Positions 1 to 8,369 of a DNA stretch of 30,961 nucleotides are shown piece after piece (within the stretch, counting starts at the first letter, position 1; each line of letters opens with the position of its first letter). This stretch comes from Trueperaceae bacterium (lineage in GTDB: Bacteria; Deinococcota; Deinococci; Deinococcales; Trueperaceae): assembly GCA_040905465.1 (NCBI GenBank), contig JBBDRK010000032.1:12236-43196 (forward strand), written 5' to 3'. The notes below the pieces were generated by a model that saw only the letters and a list, made by a program, of their open reading frames with translations, had not been told where the DNA came from and did no database searches. The position numbers and the translations under genes are program-made.

Positions 1-66
1 CGGCAGCGGGTATCGGTCGTGCCGCCAGACGGCGCGGCCGACGGCAGCGGGTATACTCTCGTGCCG
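1..66 (+). repeat. Short direct repeat upstream of mutS2; the second copy carries the -10 box
   Basis: CGGCAGCGGGTAT at 1-13 and 42-54, each followed shortly by TCGTGCCG (17-24, 59-66); TATACT at 52-57. Confidence 0.6.
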
Positions 67-2366
67 TGATCGTCGCCGACGCAACACTCGAAAAGCTGTC
101 GTTTCTCCGAATCCGGGCGGCGCTTGCCGAACGCTCGTCGACGCGCTTCGGTGTCCGACTGGCGCTGGAACTGGCGCCGCTGACCGACGCAGACGAGGTG
201 CAACGGGCGCTGGAGCGATGCGACGAGGTGCTGGCTGGTGGCGATCTGTCGCTGGGCGGCATCGAGGACATAGAACCGCTGCTGGCCAGGCTGCGTGAGG
301 GTGGCTTCGCCGACGGCAGCGAGCTCCTGGAGATCGCCTATACTCTCGACTCGGCCGCTCGTGTCAAGCGGGCGATAGTTGCATCCGGCCGCCCCCGGCT
401 GACCGAGCTGGCGTCGGGAATGGGGTCCTTCGACGGCGTGCTGAGGCAGGTGCGTGAGCAGTTGGACGCCGACGGAAACGTCAGAGACGACGCCACTCCC
501 AAATTGCGCGACATACGCCGGCGCCTGAATCCGCTTCGCAATCGGATCCGGGAGCGGCTTCAGCAGCTTCTCGGGCACTATTCCGAACATATCCAGGACG
601 CCATAGTCACCCTTCGACGCGATCGCTTCGTGATCCCCGTCAAAGCCTCCTCGCAGTCGCGAGTGCCCGGGATCGCCCTCGACAGCAGCGACTCAGGTGC
701 CACCGTCTTCATCGAGCCTTCCTCGATCGTGCCACTCAACAACGAGCTGGCGCTGCTCGAGTTCGAGGAGCGTGACGAGGTCCGGCGGATCCTGATCGAA
801 CTCGGCAGGCGCCTGTCCACGGCGCCGGGCGTGGACGAAACCCTGGAACTGGTCGGCCGGCTCGATCTCAGTCAGGCCGGCGCGGCGCTGGCTCGCGACT
901 GGCGGCTGGTTCGGCCCACCTTTTCGGGCGGTGGCCGGGTCCGCCTCCAGGGCGCGCGCCACCCGTTGATCGAGGGCTGCGTCCCGAACGACCTGGAGCT
1001 CAGCGCGGATCTGCGCCTGCTGGTGGTAACGGGCCCGAACGCGGGCGGCAAGACGGTGTTGATAAAGACCCTCGGACTGGTTGCGCTGATGGCTCATTGC
1101 GGCCTGTTCGTGGCGGCGTCGAAGGAGTCGCCCGCGCTGCTGCCGCGTTTCGAGCGGCTGCTGGTAGACATCGGCGACGAGCAGAGCATCGAGGCCAGCC
1201 TGTCGACCTACGCCGGGCACCTGACCAACCTGCGCCGCATCGTCGACGAGGCCGACGAGCGCGTTCTGGTGCTGATCGACGAACTCGGTTCCGGCACCGA
1301 TCCCGACGAGGGGGCGGCACTGTCGCAGGCGATCCTCGAACGGGTGCTGGCTGCCGGCGCGCGTGGCCTGATCACCACTCACCTGGCGCCGCTCAAGGTG
1401 TTCGCATCCCAGAGTTCGGGCGTGCAGAACGCGGCGATGCGTTTCGACGTCGATCGGCTGCAGCCGACGTATCGGCTGACGGTAGGTCAACCGGGCAGAT
1501 CGTACGCCCTGGCGATAGCGCGGCGGCTCGGGCTGGCCGGCGATCTCCTGAGCCGCGCCTCCGAACTCCTCGGCCCGGCGGGTGAACGGCTCGAGTCGCT
1601 GCTCGAGGAGCTCGACGCTCAACGCGAGACGTTGCGGCTGGAGCTGAAGGAAGCTCAGGAGGCGGAGGAGCAAGCCTTGCGGGAAGCCGAGCTGCTTCGC
1701 CGCCAGATAGAGATCCTGCGCGGCAAGGAAGCCGACGTGCTGGCGGCCGCGGCAGAACGTGCCGACGAGCTGTTGCATGACACGCTGCAGCGCGCCAAGG
1801 AGTTGAAGCGGACCGCCACGAGCGATCCGGCCAGGCGCCCGCAGGCGCTTGAAGAGATCCACAAGCTGCGGCAGGGTGCGCGCAAGGAAGCGGTCGGCCG
1901 CCAGCCCGCCAGGACGGTGGAGCGCTGGGAACCCGGAGCGCTCGTGCGGGTGGACGCCTACGACGCCGAAGGTCCGATCGTGGAAGTCCGCGGCGACGAC
2001 CTGGTGGTTCAGCTGGGACTGTTGAAAGTGGAAGTGCCGCGCCGCGAGGTGAAGCTGGTCGAGCGTCAGGTGGCCAAGCCGAAGTCCGGCGCGGCACCGC
2101 CCCACCCGGCTGGCGCCGGCCGCGTCGAGGAGCTCAATATCCGCGGCGCACGCGTCGAGGAGGGTCTCGAGCAGGTTCGTGAGCTGATATTCGAAGCGCA
2201 CGCCCTCAAGATGGAGAAGGTCCGGATCCTTCACGGCAAGGGCACCGGCGCCTTGCGTGACGCGGTGCGTTCCTACCTCAAGGACGAGAAGCGCGTGGAG
2301 AGGTTCGAAGACGCCGTGCCGTATGAAGGCGGGCACGGGGTAACGGTGGCGTATCTGAGGCTGTAG
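66..2366 (+). CDS. mutS2: Endonuclease MutS2
   Basis: 766 aa; Walker A GPNAGGKT, IGDEQSIEASLSTY and LIDELGSGTDP MutS ATPase motifs, coiled coil, C-terminal Smr domain (ILHGKGTGALR). Confidence 0.97.
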   Translation: MIVADATLEKLSFLRIRAALAERSSTRFGVRLALELAPLTDADEVQRALERCDEVLAGGDLSLGGIEDIEPLLARLREGGFADGSELLEIAYTLDSAARVKRAIVASGRPRLTELASGMGSFDGVLRQVREQLDADGNVRDDATPKLRDIRRRLNPLRNRIRERLQQLLGHYSEHIQDAIVTLRRDRFVIPVKASSQSRVPGIALDSSDSGATVFIEPSSIVPLNNELALLEFEERDEVRRILIELGRRLSTAPGVDETLELVGRLDLSQAGAALARDWRLVRPTFSGGGRVRLQGARHPLIEGCVPNDLELSADLRLLVVTGPNAGGKTVLIKTLGLVALMAHCGLFVAASKESPALLPRFERLLVDIGDEQSIEASLSTYAGHLTNLRRIVDEADERVLVLIDELGSGTDPDEGAALSQAILERVLAAGARGLITTHLAPLKVFASQSSGVQNAAMRFDVDRLQPTYRLTVGQPGRSYALAIARRLGLAGDLLSRASELLGPAGERLESLLEELDAQRETLRLELKEAQEAEEQALREAELLRRQIEILRGKEADVLAAAAERADELLHDTLQRAKELKRTATSDPARRPQALEEIHKLRQGARKEAVGRQPARTVERWEPGALVRVDAYDAEGPIVEVRGDDLVVQLGLLKVEVPRREVKLVERQVAKPKSGAAPPHPAGAGRVEELNIRGARVEEGLEQVRELIFEAHALKMEKVRILHGKGTGALRDAVRSYLKDEKRVERFEDAVPYEGGHGVTVAYLRL

Positions 2367-2474
2367 TCCCGGCGAACGGGCTCGAGAGCGGGGCGCCGAA
2401 GGCCGCTTGCGAGCCGGCCGGGGCGCTGGATGACGTGGTTATGCCCTCCGTCACGCCGTGACATACTTCCCTCC

Positions 2475-3116
2475 ATGACTCAGGCGGCCCCGGTGATAGC
2501 GTTCGACCTCGACGGCACGCTCGTCGATTCATTGGAAGACATAGTTGCAAGCTTCCGACACGCCTTCGAGGAGCTCGGCCTCCCGTCGCCAGACGAACCA
2601 TCGGTGCGGCAGCTCGTCGGCAGGCCTCTCGACGAGATGTATGGGACGTTCGTGCCTAAGGGCCGGGTGGCGGCCCTGTCAGCTGCCTACCGCCGTCATT
2701 ACCCGAGGAACTTCACGCGTCGAACGCGAATCTTTCCCGGCGTGCTGGAAGTGCTGGGGGCGCTGCGCACCCGCGGTTACCGGCTGGCGGTGGCGACCAG
2801 CAAGCGAACCGCCATGGCCGAGGCGCTGGTAGCGGCTGTCGGGCTGGCGCCTCATGTCGATCACGTGCAAGGGACCGACGAGTTCGCACACAAACCGGCT
2901 CCCGACGTGGTGCTCCGGGCAGGGGAGGCCCTAGCCGGCCGCGTCGCCTGGATGGTCGGCGACACCGTAGGGGACATCCTGGCGGGCCGTGCTGCGGGCG
3001 CGGCGACCTACGGCGTCACCTGGGGTACCCATGACGAGGAGACACTGGCCGCTGCACGGCCCGATGTGCTCGAGCCGAATCTGGACCGTCTGCTCGAGCT
3101 TACCCGGATCGATTAG
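2475..3116 (+). CDS. HAD-superfamily hydrolase (phosphoglycolate phosphatase-like)
   Basis: Motif I FDLDGTLVDS, motif II ATSK, KPAP and MVGDT; start moved to ATG 2475, 7 nt after CATACT. Confidence 0.93.
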   Translation: MTQAAPVIAFDLDGTLVDSLEDIVASFRHAFEELGLPSPDEPSVRQLVGRPLDEMYGTFVPKGRVAALSAAYRRHYPRNFTRRTRIFPGVLEVLGALRTRGYRLAVATSKRTAMAEALVAAVGLAPHVDHVQGTDEFAHKPAPDVVLRAGEALAGRVAWMVGDTVGDILAGRAAGAATYGVTWGTHDEETLAAARPDVLEPNLDRLLELTRID

Positions 3117-3285
3117 GCCGCATTCACGCGCGGCGTTTGCGACGCGTTGGGTCTAGACGCGGGGCATGAATTTACTCGAGGCGAGTTGGCTCGCTGACAT
3201 GGCTCTTTCGGTTCCCTGGGTTGGTTATTACGCTGTTGCCACCTACGGTACAAAATGACTGCGATACCGGCGATTTCCACTAGGC

Positions 3286-3299
3286 ATTTCGGCCGAAAT
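3286..3299. promoter_or_regulatory. Perfect 14-bp palindrome, candidate operator
   Basis: ATTTCGGCCGAAAT in a lower-GC intergenic region; GCGATTTC (3270-3277) also complements GAAATCGC (3295-3302). Confidence 0.35.
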
Positions 3300-3488
3300 C
3301 GCAATCGATCTGCGCAAATGACCAGAAGAGGCCGGGAATTACAGAGAAACGGTATGCTTGGGCCAGCCTTTGGTTCCAACACTGTAATAACGCGTCCAGG
3401 GAAACGACACGGCATATTACGGTCGGCGCTGGCGCGGTGCCCGGTCGGGCAGTCCGTCGGCAGCCGGAACGGCGCGGTAGCATGCTCC

Positions 3489-4175
3489 ATGGACAACAGC
3501 GAAAAGCAGTACGTCATCGACGCGTTGGCGGAGGACTCGTGGCGGATGTTCCGCATCCTCGGCGAATTCGTTCAGGGCTTCGAGGAGATGAGCGACGTGG
3601 GCAAGGCGGTCACGATCTTCGGCTCCGCCCGCCTGCGCTCCGACAGCGACGTCTATCATCAGGCCGAGAAGCTTTCGCGCGAGCTAGCCGACAAGGGCTA
3701 CACCGTCATCACCGGCGGTGGTCCCGGCATCATGGAGGCGGGGAACAAGGGCGCGTTCGAGGTGGGTGGGCGGTCGATCGGTCTGAATGTGAACCTTCCT
3801 CACGAACAGGCTCCGAACCCGTACCAGAGCGATACGCTGTCGTTCAAGTACTTCTTCGTGCGCAAGGTGATGTTGGTAAAGTACTCGACCGCGTTCGTGG
3901 TCTTTCCAGGTGGCTTCGGCACCATCGACGAGATGTTCGAGGCGTTGACCCTGATACAGACCAAGAAGATCAAGCCGTTCCCGGTGTACCTGGTCGACGT
4001 CGACTACTGGCGGGGCCTACTCCAGTGGATCAACGGCACGCTCCTGCGTAGCGGTGCTGTCTCCGAGGCGGATATGGGCCTGTTCAAGGTGGTCGACGAC
4101 GTCTCCAGCATCCCGGGCGAGATCGAGGAATACTACGCCGAGATCGGGCACGCCGGTTTCGAGGTTCCCGACTGA
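3489..4175 (+). CDS. LOG family protein (TIGR00730 Rossmann fold, nucleotide phosphoribohydrolase-like)
   Basis: TIFGSAR, TGGGPGIMEA, FKYFFVRK and PGGFGTIDE motifs; start at ATG 3489 (MDNSEK). Confidence 0.95.
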   Translation: MDNSEKQYVIDALAEDSWRMFRILGEFVQGFEEMSDVGKAVTIFGSARLRSDSDVYHQAEKLSRELADKGYTVITGGGPGIMEAGNKGAFEVGGRSIGLNVNLPHEQAPNPYQSDTLSFKYFFVRKVMLVKYSTAFVVFPGGFGTIDEMFEALTLIQTKKIKPFPVYLVDVDYWRGLLQWINGTLLRSGAVSEADMGLFKVVDDVSSIPGEIEEYYAEIGHAGFEVPD

Positions 4176-4190
4176 GCAGCATAAAACTCA

Positions 4191-4310
4191 TTGCCGGCAA
4201 ACGTCGACGTCGACGGCGTCGAGTCCAAAGTCCGCAACGGCATGTTGCAGCTGCGGATGCCCAAGGTGGCCGAGGCGAAGGTGCGCAAGATCAACGTGGA
4301 TCACGAGTAG
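4191..4310 (+). pseudogene. C-terminal fragment of an Hsp20/alpha-crystallin small heat-shock protein
   Basis: Frame reads LPANVDVDGVESKVRNGMLQLRMPKVAEAKVRKINVDHE*, matching the sHSP LP..VD...A...NGVL.L.LPK...K.RKI.V C-terminus; in-frame TAA at 4182-4184 and no N-terminal half. Confidence 0.8.
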
Positions 4311-4394
4311 CCGGCTGGCCATCGGTACAGGCGGGAGCCCGCCACCGGTCTAGCGGGCCGCAGCGCGAGCAGGAGTTTGGACCGATAAGTGACA

Positions 4395-4419
4395 GTGATA
4401 CCGCAGTTTCCGGTATCAC
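4395..4419. promoter_or_regulatory. 9-7-9 inverted repeat, candidate operator or hairpin
   Basis: GTGATACCG-cagtttc-CGGTATCAC with perfect arms. Confidence 0.4.
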
Positions 4420-4617
4420 GGCATCTTTCCGCTCCGCCCAGGCTCTGTTGTAATCGAAGAGGGTGCGGGGATACAAATCCCGGGCAGCGGTAGAAGATGA
4501 TCCGGCGCGCTACTCGATTCATCGCTTCCACAGGATCATCTTTCCCGTTGTCGCTTTGCCAGTTTCGGCGACGGCGTCAGGCGCCGTCACCGGCACCGTT
4601 CCAGCAGAGGGGGGCCT

Positions 4618-4902
4618 ATGCTCGAGCAGGTGAGCAAACTAAGGCGGGATGTCGACACGACCAGGAGCGCAATCGAGAGCCTTCTCGACGATTACGGGCT
4701 GTTCATCGACCACGACATGGCAGGGGTGATCTCGAGCTACGTGCGGGCGCTGCACCTCGATTTCGAGTTGGCGCTTTCCGCCGGGCGGTCAGAGGAACTC
4801 GCCCGGATACTCGAGGACATGCTCGAACTTCATAGCGACACACGCGATCGCTTGTTGAAGGGCCGCCTGCAAACCGGGATGGCGTCGCCGTTGGAGTCGT
4901 GA
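4618..4902 (+). CDS. Hypothetical protein, 94 aa, predicted helical
   Basis: GAGGGGGG ribosome-binding site just before the ATG; protein-like composition; no family recognised. Confidence 0.7.
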   Translation: MLEQVSKLRRDVDTTRSAIESLLDDYGLFIDHDMAGVISSYVRALHLDFELALSAGRSEELARILEDMLELHSDTRDRLLKGRLQTGMASPLES

Positions 4903-4915
4903 CTGCGACCGACGC

Positions 4916-6040
4916 TCAGACGTCCGGGCAACTTTCGGTGTAGGGGGGCAGCGCGCCGTTTCCGAAGAGTTGAGCTGCCAACGGATAGACGTCGCAGGCG
5001 CCCAGGCCCTCTCCGAGATAGGATTCCTCGCCCCGCCAGATCTCCACGTGCGGGTGGGGATCGTCGCGGGTGCCCTGCACCGCCTCCAGCGTGCCCGAGT
5101 TGCCGGTAGCTGCGATCAGGTCGCCCTGCCGAACCTGGGCACCGACGCGGACCCCCTCGCTGATCGCCGAGAGGTGAGCGTAGCGGGAGACGAAACCGCC
5201 GGGATGACGAATCCACACCTGACGCCCGCGCAGCTTGTCGAGAATCTCGTCAGGAGTGCTGAGGTTGCGTTGAGCGGTCACGATGATCTGGTCGTACTCC
5301 TCGGCCGTCATCTCCAGGTAGTCGTGGTCGGCGCGGATGACTTCTCCGCCGGCGACGGCGCTAATGCCGGTGCCATAGTCGATTGCAACGCTCACCGTGC
5401 CGTCGTAGAAGTCGAAACCTTCGTGAGTCCCGTTCCGATACGCTCGTAGCGCACCGGGCAGGTGAGTGGCCCGCGAGCTTATCGTCGCGCCCTCGACCGG
5501 GACCGTGTAGCCGCTGGGCCACATCGGCGTGAACGGCTTCGTCGCCAGCTCATCGAGGCGGGCGAGCAGCCAGGTGCTGGCGACCTTGGGGTTGCGGCGG
5601 GCTAGGTCGGCCGCAGTCTGCCCGTCACTGTTGGTAACGGTCGGGTCGGCTCCGGCGAACATGAGGAGTTGCACCGTCTCAGCGGCCTGGGTGTCGCGCG
5701 CGGCGTACATAAGGGGAGTCCAGCCGGAATCGGTCGTGGTGTTCACGTCCGCCCCGGCCGAGATCAAGGCCGTTACCAGCGACTGGTCGGCGTTCTGGCT
5801 CACGGCGTACATCAGCGGCGTCTGGCCGAACTCGTCACGCGCGTCTACCGCCGAACCTGCCGCGACCAGCGCCTGCAGGCGGTCGATCTCCCCAGCCTCG
5901 ACGACTTCGAAGAGCGAGGACTGGGCCTGGCGAGCGCTCGTGGTGCCGCCCGGCAACGGCAGGCGAACGACATCGAGTTGCCAGAGGGCCACGACGGCTC
6001 CGGCGGCCACGATAAGCACTGTCAGGACAAGACGCAACAT
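4916..6040 (-). CDS. Exported or membrane-anchored ankyrin-repeat + M23 peptidase fusion
   Basis: N-terminal hydrophobic segment; ankyrin repeats (GQTPLMYA, GWTPLMYA, GQTAADLA); M23 zinc motifs HEGFD, YAHL and HPHVE. Confidence 0.9.
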   Translation of the reverse strand: MLRLVLTVLIVAAGAVVALWQLDVVRLPLPGGTTSARQAQSSLFEVVEAGEIDRLQALVAAGSAVDARDEFGQTPLMYAVSQNADQSLVTALISAGADVNTTTDSGWTPLMYAARDTQAAETVQLLMFAGADPTVTNSDGQTAADLARRNPKVASTWLLARLDELATKPFTPMWPSGYTVPVEGATISSRATHLPGALRAYRNGTHEGFDFYDGTVSVAIDYGTGISAVAGGEVIRADHDYLEMTAEEYDQIIVTAQRNLSTPDEILDKLRGRQVWIRHPGGFVSRYAHLSAISEGVRVGAQVRQGDLIAATGNSGTLEAVQGTRDDPHPHVEIWRGEESYLGEGLGACDVYPLAAQLFGNGALPPYTESCPDV

Positions 6041-6195
6041 GACCGAAACGATACGCCCACGGCTGCCGCCAGGCGGTCAAAAACACCACGCCGGTTCCGC
6101 TCGCCCGCTCGGTCCGGATGCCGAGACCGGTTGGTAAGCAGCTGTTGTCTCAACCGGGAGCCGTGGCGCCTGGCGCAGCGGTATTGTAGGCACCC

Positions 6196-7581
6196 GTGCC
6201 GCGTCCCTTCCTGACAGAAACCAGAAGCCTGCTCACCCTGGCCGGACCGCTCGTGCTCGCTCAACTCGTGCAGGCGGGGATGGCTTTCGTGGATACGGTG
6301 ATGGTGGCGAGGCTGGGTGGCGAGGCGCTGGCCGGTATCGCGCTGGGAGCGACCACCTACATGCTCCTGACTATCTTCCTCCAGGGAGTGGTGTTCGCCG
6401 TGGGGCCGCTGGTTTCGCACGCCTACGGCGGCGGGCATTACGGGGACGCGGGGCGCGCGGCGCGTCAGGGTCTGTGGCTGGCGCTCTTCCTGTCGCTGCC
6501 GGCCTTTCCCGTGCTGTTGAACGCCGAGTCGCTGCTGTTGGCTATCGGACAGGAGCCGAGCAGTGCCCGGCTTGCCGGCACCTACCTGTCGGCCGCGGCA
6601 TGGGGGTTCCTTCCGTCGCTGCTGCTGGTGGCGCTGCGGGCGTTCCTCGAAGGGATCGGCGACACCCGGCCGATAATGCTGCTGATGACCGTCGGCCTCG
6701 CCGCCAACATAGTGCTCGACGAGACGCTCATGTTCGGACGGCTGGGATTGCCGGCGTTGGGTGTGGCCGGAACCGGCTACGCCACCTCCCTGGTTCACAT
6801 CCTAATGGTGTTACTGGCGGCTGCCTACATCGCCTGGCGGCACCGGAAGTTCGCGGCGTTCGGCGCGCCTCGCCGTCCGAACCCGCGCCTGCTGGGAGAG
6901 CTTGCCCGGCTGGGAATTCCGATCGGACTCACGCTGGGCTTCGAAGCTGGGTTGTTCGCAGTTACTGCGCTGCTCATGGGCATCGTGGGCAGTGTCGAGC
7001 TCGCCGCGCACCAGATCGCCATTCAGAGCGCCACGATGACGTTCATGGTCGCGGTCGGTCTGGCAGTCGCCACCTCGGTACGCGTCGGCCAGGCGTCGGG
7101 CCGCGGCGACTACCGAGCCGCCCGCCGCGCGGCCCTCACGGGTGTAGCCGTCAGCGTGGTGGCGATGATCTTTTCGGCATCGCTCTTCTGGCTGGCGCCG
7201 GTAGCGGTGATAGGCATCTTCATCGACCCGGGACTCGCTTCCAACGCCGAACTGGTGCGGCTGGCAACGCTCTTCCTCGGCATAGCGGCTACCTTCCAGA
7301 TCTTCGACGGGATCCAGGTGAGCGCGGCAGGGGCGTTGCGCGGCTACAAGGACACCGCGGTCCCGATGGTCATCTCACTGGTTTCGTACTGGTGCGTGGG
7401 AATCGGTGCCGGTACGACCCTGGCGTTCGTCTTTGGCTGGGGAGGCCGCGGCTTGTGGACCGGCCTGGTTCTGGGACTGGCCACCGCTGCGGTTCTGTTG
7501 CTGGCTCGGCTGGGCTGGCGCTCGCGGACTTTCGGCCGACGCCGGGGTACAATGCCCGCCGTGTTGGGAAGGAGATCCTGA
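6196..7581 (+). CDS. MATE family efflux transporter (NorM-like)
   Basis: About 12 hydrophobic segments; VDTVMVARLG, LAAHQIA, TSVRVGQ and FQIFDGIQ...GALRGYKDT MATE motifs. Confidence 0.95.
   Translation: MPRPFLTETRSLLTLAGPLVLAQLVQAGMAFVDTVMVARLGGEALAGIALGATTYMLLTIFLQGVVFAVGPLVSHAYGGGHYGDAGRAARQGLWLALFLSLPAFPVLLNAESLLLAIGQEPSSARLAGTYLSAAAWGFLPSLLLVALRAFLEGIGDTRPIMLLMTVGLAANIVLDETLMFGRLGLPALGVAGTGYATSLVHILMVLLAAAYIAWRHRKFAAFGAPRRPNPRLLGELARLGIPIGLTLGFEAGLFAVTALLMGIVGSVELAAHQIAIQSATMTFMVAVGLAVATSVRVGQASGRGDYRAARRAALTGVAVSVVAMIFSASLFWLAPVAVIGIFIDPGLASNAELVRLATLFLGIAATFQIFDGIQVSAAGALRGYKDTAVPMVISLVSYWCVGIGAGTTLAFVFGWGGRGLWTGLVLGLATAAVLLLARLGWRSRTFGRRRGTMPAVLGRRS
7548..7553 (+). promoter_or_regulatory. 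Candidate internal -10 box (TACAAT) for the downstream small-protein gene
   Basis: TACAAT lies inside the MATE 3' end, upstream of the AAGGAG RBS and ATG 7581. Confidence 0.5.
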
Positions 7582-7709
7582 TGGAAGTTTTCGTGTCGAT
7601 CATGTTCTACAGCGTCCTGGTGCTCGCGGCCCTGTCGATCTTCGGCGGCGCCCTGGTTGCTCTGGCCGTCTGGCTGGTGGACAACTCTGAAGAACACCAC
7701 GCCCACTGA
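7581..7709 (+). CDS. Small single-pass membrane protein, 42 aa
   Basis: MEVFVSIMFYSVLVLAALSIFGGALVALAVWLVDNSEEHHAH; AAGGAG RBS; ATG overlaps the MATE stop (TGATG). Confidence 0.8.
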   Translation: MEVFVSIMFYSVLVLAALSIFGGALVALAVWLVDNSEEHHAH

Positions 7710-8214
7710 TTCACCCGGCGGAGCCGCCCATCGCAGCTCGGTACCCGGCTCTCTCGGCGTCTTCCTCACTGACCCGCACCCCGGCCGAGCTTCGGCAACC
7801 GCTGCCCTGCGTTCCGTGTTCGCCGGGATGTTCCTTGCCCAGGTAGCGATGGCCGGAGCAGTTGCGGTGGCGATCCTGGCGTTGGCCGGGTCGTTGGCGG
7901 CGCGCCCGTCGGCGCTGGGGCCGGTGCTGGCCGGCCTCGGTCTGCTGCAGTGCGTTTTCGGCGTCTTTCTTCCCGAGTCGATCGCCCGGCCCGGCACCAA
8001 GGGGAGCGCCTTGTCGGCGACATTGCTGGGCGCGGTACTGCTGGCAACGCCGGCCTGGTTCCTGATGTTGGCACTCATAACCTCGCAACGAGCTCTGCCG
8101 CTGGCAACGCTCGGAGTCGCGGTATTCGCCGGCTACGCACTCGGTTTCGTGCTGACCGGCCGGTTCGCCCGGCGAGTGGCGGCGTCCTCGGCCGGCTTCG
8201 ACGAAGACGATTAG
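7657..8214 (+). CDS. Hypothetical membrane protein (about 4 TM segments); start uncertain
   Basis: Four hydrophobic segments and an acidic tail (FDEDD); the true start may lie downstream of 7709, e.g. ATG 7828. Confidence 0.7.
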   Translation: MLWPSGWWTTLKNTTPTDSPGGAAHRSSVPGSLGVFLTDPHPGRASATAALRSVFAGMFLAQVAMAGAVAVAILALAGSLAARPSALGPVLAGLGLLQCVFGVFLPESIARPGTKGSALSATLLGAVLLATPAWFLMLALITSQRALPLATLGVAVFAGYALGFVLTGRFARRVAASSAGFDEDD

Positions 8215-8369
8215 GCGCCGCGGGCTGCCGCGGGTCGTGTTACATCTTCTAGTGGGTGTATCGGCACTCAGTGCCATCCGACCCGGTATTCGCCGTTCGT
8301 TGGTCACCGGTCGAGAGCGGTTCGGAGTTTCGCTGTCGGCTCCTGCCGGCCGTCGACTTAAGGAGGAGC

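Noticed and set aside
1-54. GGCAGCGGG repeat upstream of mutS2 as a target of the candidate sRNA loop (CCCGCUGCC)
   Set aside because: A 9-nt GC-rich match is likely by chance, and the site lies upstream of the predicted mutS2 transcription start.
693-2336. 547-aa minus-strand ORF, and similar long antisense ORFs at 9005-10579, 12578-13642, 13721-15205 and 26977-28179
   Set aside because: These are shadow frames opposite well-supported genes, expected in high-GC DNA, and they carry no recognisable motifs.
3255-3488. N-terminal extensions given by the ORF track for LOG, and likewise for the HAD, CHR, dehydrogenase, PilW-like and FimT-like genes
   Set aside because: The extensions are not protein-like; downstream starts have an RBS or a leaderless -10 box and match the family N-termini.
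6474-7709. 411-aa plus-strand ORF overlapping the MATE gene
   Set aside because: It is an Arg/Gly-rich off-frame translation; only the last 42 codons, from ATG 7581 with its own RBS, look real.
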